Shown here piece after piece: positions 60,625 through 64,000 of a stretch of DNA of 64,000 nucleotides (within the stretch, counting starts at the first letter, position 1; every line of letters begins with the position of its first letter). A model generated the notes under the pieces. It saw only the letters and a list, made by a program, of their open reading frames with translations. It was not told the DNA's origin and made no database searches. The translations under genes and the position numbers were made by a program. Origin of the DNA: Dehalococcoidia bacterium (lineage in GTDB: Bacteria > Chloroflexota > Dehalococcoidia > UBA2979); NCBI GenBank assembly GCA_965262725.1, contig OZ253555.1:2464001-2528000 (forward strand), in the 5' to 3' direction.

Positions 60625-62192
60625 CGCTCAACGAAGGCCGGGGTTGGCACCCCGGCGACACCCAAACAGCGTCAGCTAAGACCGCGGCGCGATAGGTCGA
60701 CGCTCAACGAAGGCCGGGGTTGGCACCCCGGCGACACCGCAGCGGTTCGGGTTTGGCGTCATGGGGTCGAGGCGCTCAACGAAGGCCGGGGTTGGCACCC
60801 CGGCGACACGCGGCGAGCCGGTGGCCACGGGTGGCGGCGCCGACCCCGCTCAACGAAGGCCGGGGTTGGCACCCCGGCGACACACACCCCGACGGTGCAG
60901 GGCAAGGGCTCTCGCCTCGACGCTCAACGAAGGCCGGGGTTGGCACCCCGGCGACACGAGATCGCGCCCGCAGCGATGTTGTAGCGGCCGCCGACGCTCA
61001 ACGAAGGCCGGGGTTGGCACCCCGGCGACACGGGCAGCGGCTCTCCGGACAGGTGTTCGTCGCCGCCCGCTCAACGAAGGCCGGGGTTGGCACCCCGGCG
61101 ACACCCGCGTGGAGGGCGCGGCCCTTGAGTGCCTCGTCCTCCGCTCAACGAAGGCCGGGGTTGGCACCCCGGCGACACACATCGGCGGGCTGCTCGCTCT
61201 CCTCGATGACCACGCTCAACGAAGGCCGGGGTTGGCACCCCGGCGACACCCGCGCCCCCGAGTTGTACAGACAGCGGCCTCCATGCGCTCAACGAAGGCC
61301 GGGGTTGGCACCCCGGCGACACCCGCCCGCGAGCTCCGCCCCGCCCTCCTTGAAGCCCACCGCTCAACGAAGGCCGGGGTTGGCACCCCGGCGACACCCT
61401 CGCGAGGCGGGGCGGATCCTCGCCCGCGAGACGCGCTCAACGAAGGCCGGGGTTGGCACCCCGGCGACACGGTTCCTCGAGCGCGCCGCCGGCGTGGAGG
61501 CCGGCGCTCAACGAAGGCCGGGGTTGGCACCCCGGCGACACGTCCCACGTCCCCTACCTCCGGCGGAGCCTCGAGACCGCTCAACGAAGGCCGGGGTTGG
61601 CACCCCGGCGACACGTGCTCCGCGACCGAGTCCGCGTAGCCCCGGCTCTTCGCTCAACGAAGGCCGGGGTTGGCACCCCGGCGACACACGCGCCCGCCGA
61701 CCTGGACCCGTGTCAGCACCTGCGCTCAACGAAGGCCGGGGTTGGCACCCCGGCGACACCGGCTCCGCGGTGGCCACAAGTCCATCGGTGTCCACCGCTC
61801 AACGAAGGCCGGGGTTGGCACCCCGGCGACACCTGTATGGCCGCGATGGCCGCGTTCACGTCCCCCACGCTCAACGAAGGCCGGGGTTGGCACCCCGGCG
61901 ACACATGCGCGTCAGCACGCGCGCGCGGCTGCCATCGTCGCTCAACGAAGGCCGGGGTTGGCACCCCGGCGACACCCCTTGATTCGCGGGCCGCCGACCT
62001 CACCCCCCAGCGCTCAACGAAGGCCGGGGTTGGCACCCCGGCGACACGTGACGTCGTGGGAGAGCGCGTCAACAGTGCGATATCGCTCAACGAAGGCCGG
62101 GGTTGGCACCCCGGCGACACCCGACGAATCCCGCGATCGCGGAACCGTCGTCCCGCGCTCAACGAAGGCCGGGGTTGGCACCCCGGCGACAC
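60625..62192 (-). CRISPR. CRISPR array, leader-proximal part (22 repeats)
   Basis: Identical 37-bp repeats, spacers 34-39 bp. Repeat length and hairpin with cas4-cas1-cas2 suggest type I-G (effector genes lie outside the window). Confidence 0.97.
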
Positions 62193-62346
62193 TGCTAATC
62201 CTATCGGGGTGACGCTCCAGGAGAAGATTGCACAGATTTTCTGGCACGCCAGGCGCCTCAGCCATGCAGATTGGTAGCCACGTGTGCCCGTGATCCGGCC
62301 TCGCCCCGTGCCGAAGCGCTGAATCACCGGAGGTTCGCACGCCGCG
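62193..62346 (-). promoter_or_regulatory. CRISPR leader
   Basis: Lower-GC non-coding stretch between the cas2 stop and the first repeat. Confidence 0.7.
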
Positions 62347-62643
62347 TCATAGCACCCAGGGATGACCGAGCTTGCGCAATTCCTGGCTTCGGCCAAGGCG
62401 GAGCGTAGCGTCCTCGATTCTGGCCGGGAAACGGTAAACGATCACCGAGTCACGCTGGCGATCGATGACATCCTCGACCTCACCGATCATGCGAGCCAGC
62501 CGGGTGGCGGAGAGCCGGCACTCGAACACCGAGAACTGCACCCGCTGGCCGTACTTCTCGCAGACCGCGGCGACGCGCCTGAGGCGCACCGCTCCGGCAC
62601 CATCCGTGTCAGCGATGTCGTAGGAGATGAGGACGTCCATCAC
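62347..62643 (-). CDS. cas2: CRISPR-associated Cas2
   Basis: VLISYDI, RVQFSVFEC. Confidence 0.95.
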   Translation of the reverse strand: MMDVLISYDIADTDGAGAVRLRRVAAVCEKYGQRVQFSVFECRLSATRLARMIGEVEDVIDRQRDSVIVYRFPARIEDATLRLGRSQELRKLGHPWVL

Positions 62644-63660
62644 TCACGCCAGTACGAACGGAGGATACGCCGGCAAATCCCCGCGCAGGTGCCGGGCGAG
62701 GAGCGTCGCTTGCACCGACGGGAGCGCCCACCGCTCCACGGGTCGACCCAGAAGCTGGTGGCGAACCTCCGTTCCCTTGTGCTCCTCCCATGCTTCGATC
62801 AAGCGTGTTCTGCCGATGTCGCCGAGATAGACGCCGCCGCCAGGCGTGTGGTCGAAATCACCCGGGCCGACCTGCCTGCGGCGGACAAGCGACACAACGA
62901 ACCGATCCGTCAGCGCACGGAACTCTTCAGCAAGGTCGAGAGCGAGTGACGGCCGGCCCGCGCGGGGGCGGTGGAAGAATCCCATCTGGTAGTCCAACCC
63001 GACGCTTTCCGCCGCGCCGATACACTCCGTAACGAGCATGCCGTAGCAGAACCCCAGCAGCGCATTGACGGGGTCGCGCGGCGGCCGGCGCGTCCTCCCC
63101 GAGAACTCAAGCTCACTTGATGCGACGGCCCGGCCGATCGCGCGGAAGTAGATCCTGGCAGCGTCACCCTCGACGCCTCGAACATGGTCGGCGGTGTCCG
63201 CCCCTGCCAACCGCGCGATGCGTTCCCGTATCTGCGCCCCTCTGGCCGCGAGCTGTTCCGCCTCGACCGGATTCTTCTCGTCCCGCGACCACCGGCCGAC
63301 GACCCGGCTGCTGTTCTGGAGCTTCGCCGCGACGATCGCCCGGGCCACCGCCAGTGACCGGGTGTCGTCCATGACGGCGGCGAACTGGGCCGTCCGCAAG
63401 TGCACGTTGCCGCTGGTCGGGCCATTAACGACGAAGCGGATGGCGCCGCTCATCTGAAGCGCCGCCACGCGAACGCCGCGACGCACGCACGCATCGAGCG
63501 CCTGCGTCGTGATCTGCGCGCCCCCCAGGACGACAAGAGCGTCAACGGCTTCAAGCGGAACACGCTGGCTGCCTTCCGGCGAAGACACCACCAGGGAACC
63601 CCGGCGGTGCCGCACGCGGGCGCGATGATTCCTCACGTAGACGGTGTTCAGGTAGCGCAT
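62644..63660 (-). CDS. cas1: CRISPR-associated Cas1
   Basis: Start MRYLNTVYV. RGVEGDAARIYF, RRPPRDPVNALL, GFFH, LALDLAEEFR. Confidence 0.95.
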   Translation of the reverse strand: MRYLNTVYVRNHRARVRHRRGSLVVSSPEGSQRVPLEAVDALVVLGGAQITTQALDACVRRGVRVAALQMSGAIRFVVNGPTSGNVHLRTAQFAAVMDDTRSLAVARAIVAAKLQNSSRVVGRWSRDEKNPVEAEQLAARGAQIRERIARLAGADTADHVRGVEGDAARIYFRAIGRAVASSELEFSGRTRRPPRDPVNALLGFCYGMLVTECIGAAESVGLDYQMGFFHRPRAGRPSLALDLAEEFRALTDRFVVSLVRRRQVGPGDFDHTPGGGVYLGDIGRTRLIEAWEEHKGTEVRHQLLGRPVERWALPSVQATLLARHLRGDLPAYPPFVLA

Positions 63661-64000
63661 CGGAACACAACATCCTCCATGTACCGGTTCACTCTGCGCG
63701 GCGCACTGGAGAGTTCCGGTAGACAGTGGTGCAGGAGCTGGCACTCCGTGCATCGGGCATCGTTGGGCGCCTCGGGCAACTCGAAGGTCATCAACTGCGT
63801 TCTGATTGCTTCGATGACTTGTCGTACGTCCCTGCGCAGTGCCTCGGTGAAGTCGACGCGCAGCCGCCGTCTCGGTCCGCCGTACCACACATACCCGTGT
63901 GGTATTTCGACCTCAAGCATCTCCTCGAGGCAGAGCGCCTGTGCGCACAGCTGCAGGTCCGCGGCCGCTCCGTGCTGGACGCCGGCCTTGTACTCGACGG
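63648..64000 (-). CDS. cas4: CRISPR-associated Cas4, 5'-truncated by window edge
   Basis: VEYK...QLCAQALCLEEM...CTECQLLHHCLP. Confidence 0.93.
   Translation of the reverse strand, partial: VEYKAGVQHGAAADLQLCAQALCLEEMLEVEIPHGYVWYGGPRRRLRVDFTEALRRDVRQVIEAIRTQLMTFELPEAPNDARCTECQLLHHCLPELSSAPRRVNRYMEDVVFRCAT

Noticed and set aside
57035-62155. Self-targeting spacers against genes in this window
   Set aside because: No match noticed by eye. This cannot be excluded without a BLAST search, so it is not claimed.
56270-62396. Repetitive ORFs (AQRRPGLAPRRH, LNEGRGWHPGDT)
   Set aside because: They are translations of CRISPR repeats.

Overview
GC-rich accessory region, probably from a monoderm bacterium. 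The cadherin/FN3 surface proteins, secretin-less Tad locus and Cheo-type SOS box resemble Chloroflexota/Actinomycetota-like symbionts, but this taxonomy is inference only. From left to right: (1) the end of a QueC-like / XRE-ImmA / PIN operon; (2) a four-level nest of mobile elements (IS256 remnant > IS21 > IS1380 > group II intron); (3) a second, near-identical inverted intron copy. Both introns sit at the same ATCCA^CCGA site of an IS1380-type terminal repeat, with matching EBS1/EBS2 and non-canonical GAGCG...AA ends; (4) two large secreted cadherin/FN3 proteins sharing an uncharacterised C-terminal repeat, one a 2681-aa subtilase and one frameshifted by a 16-bp duplication; (5) several toxin-antitoxin pairs and a dpdA fragment between two ~750-bp inverted copies of the recG tail; (6) recG; (7) gene debris including a Zn-domain/Cre-like recombinase; (8) a SARP-flanked Tad/Flp pilus operon with a LysM-BTAD gene; (9) a 33-repeat type I (probably I-G) CRISPR array split by an IS5-type element that itself carries IS256, followed by cas2-cas1-cas4. 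All calls come from reading motifs by eye; no database searches were run.
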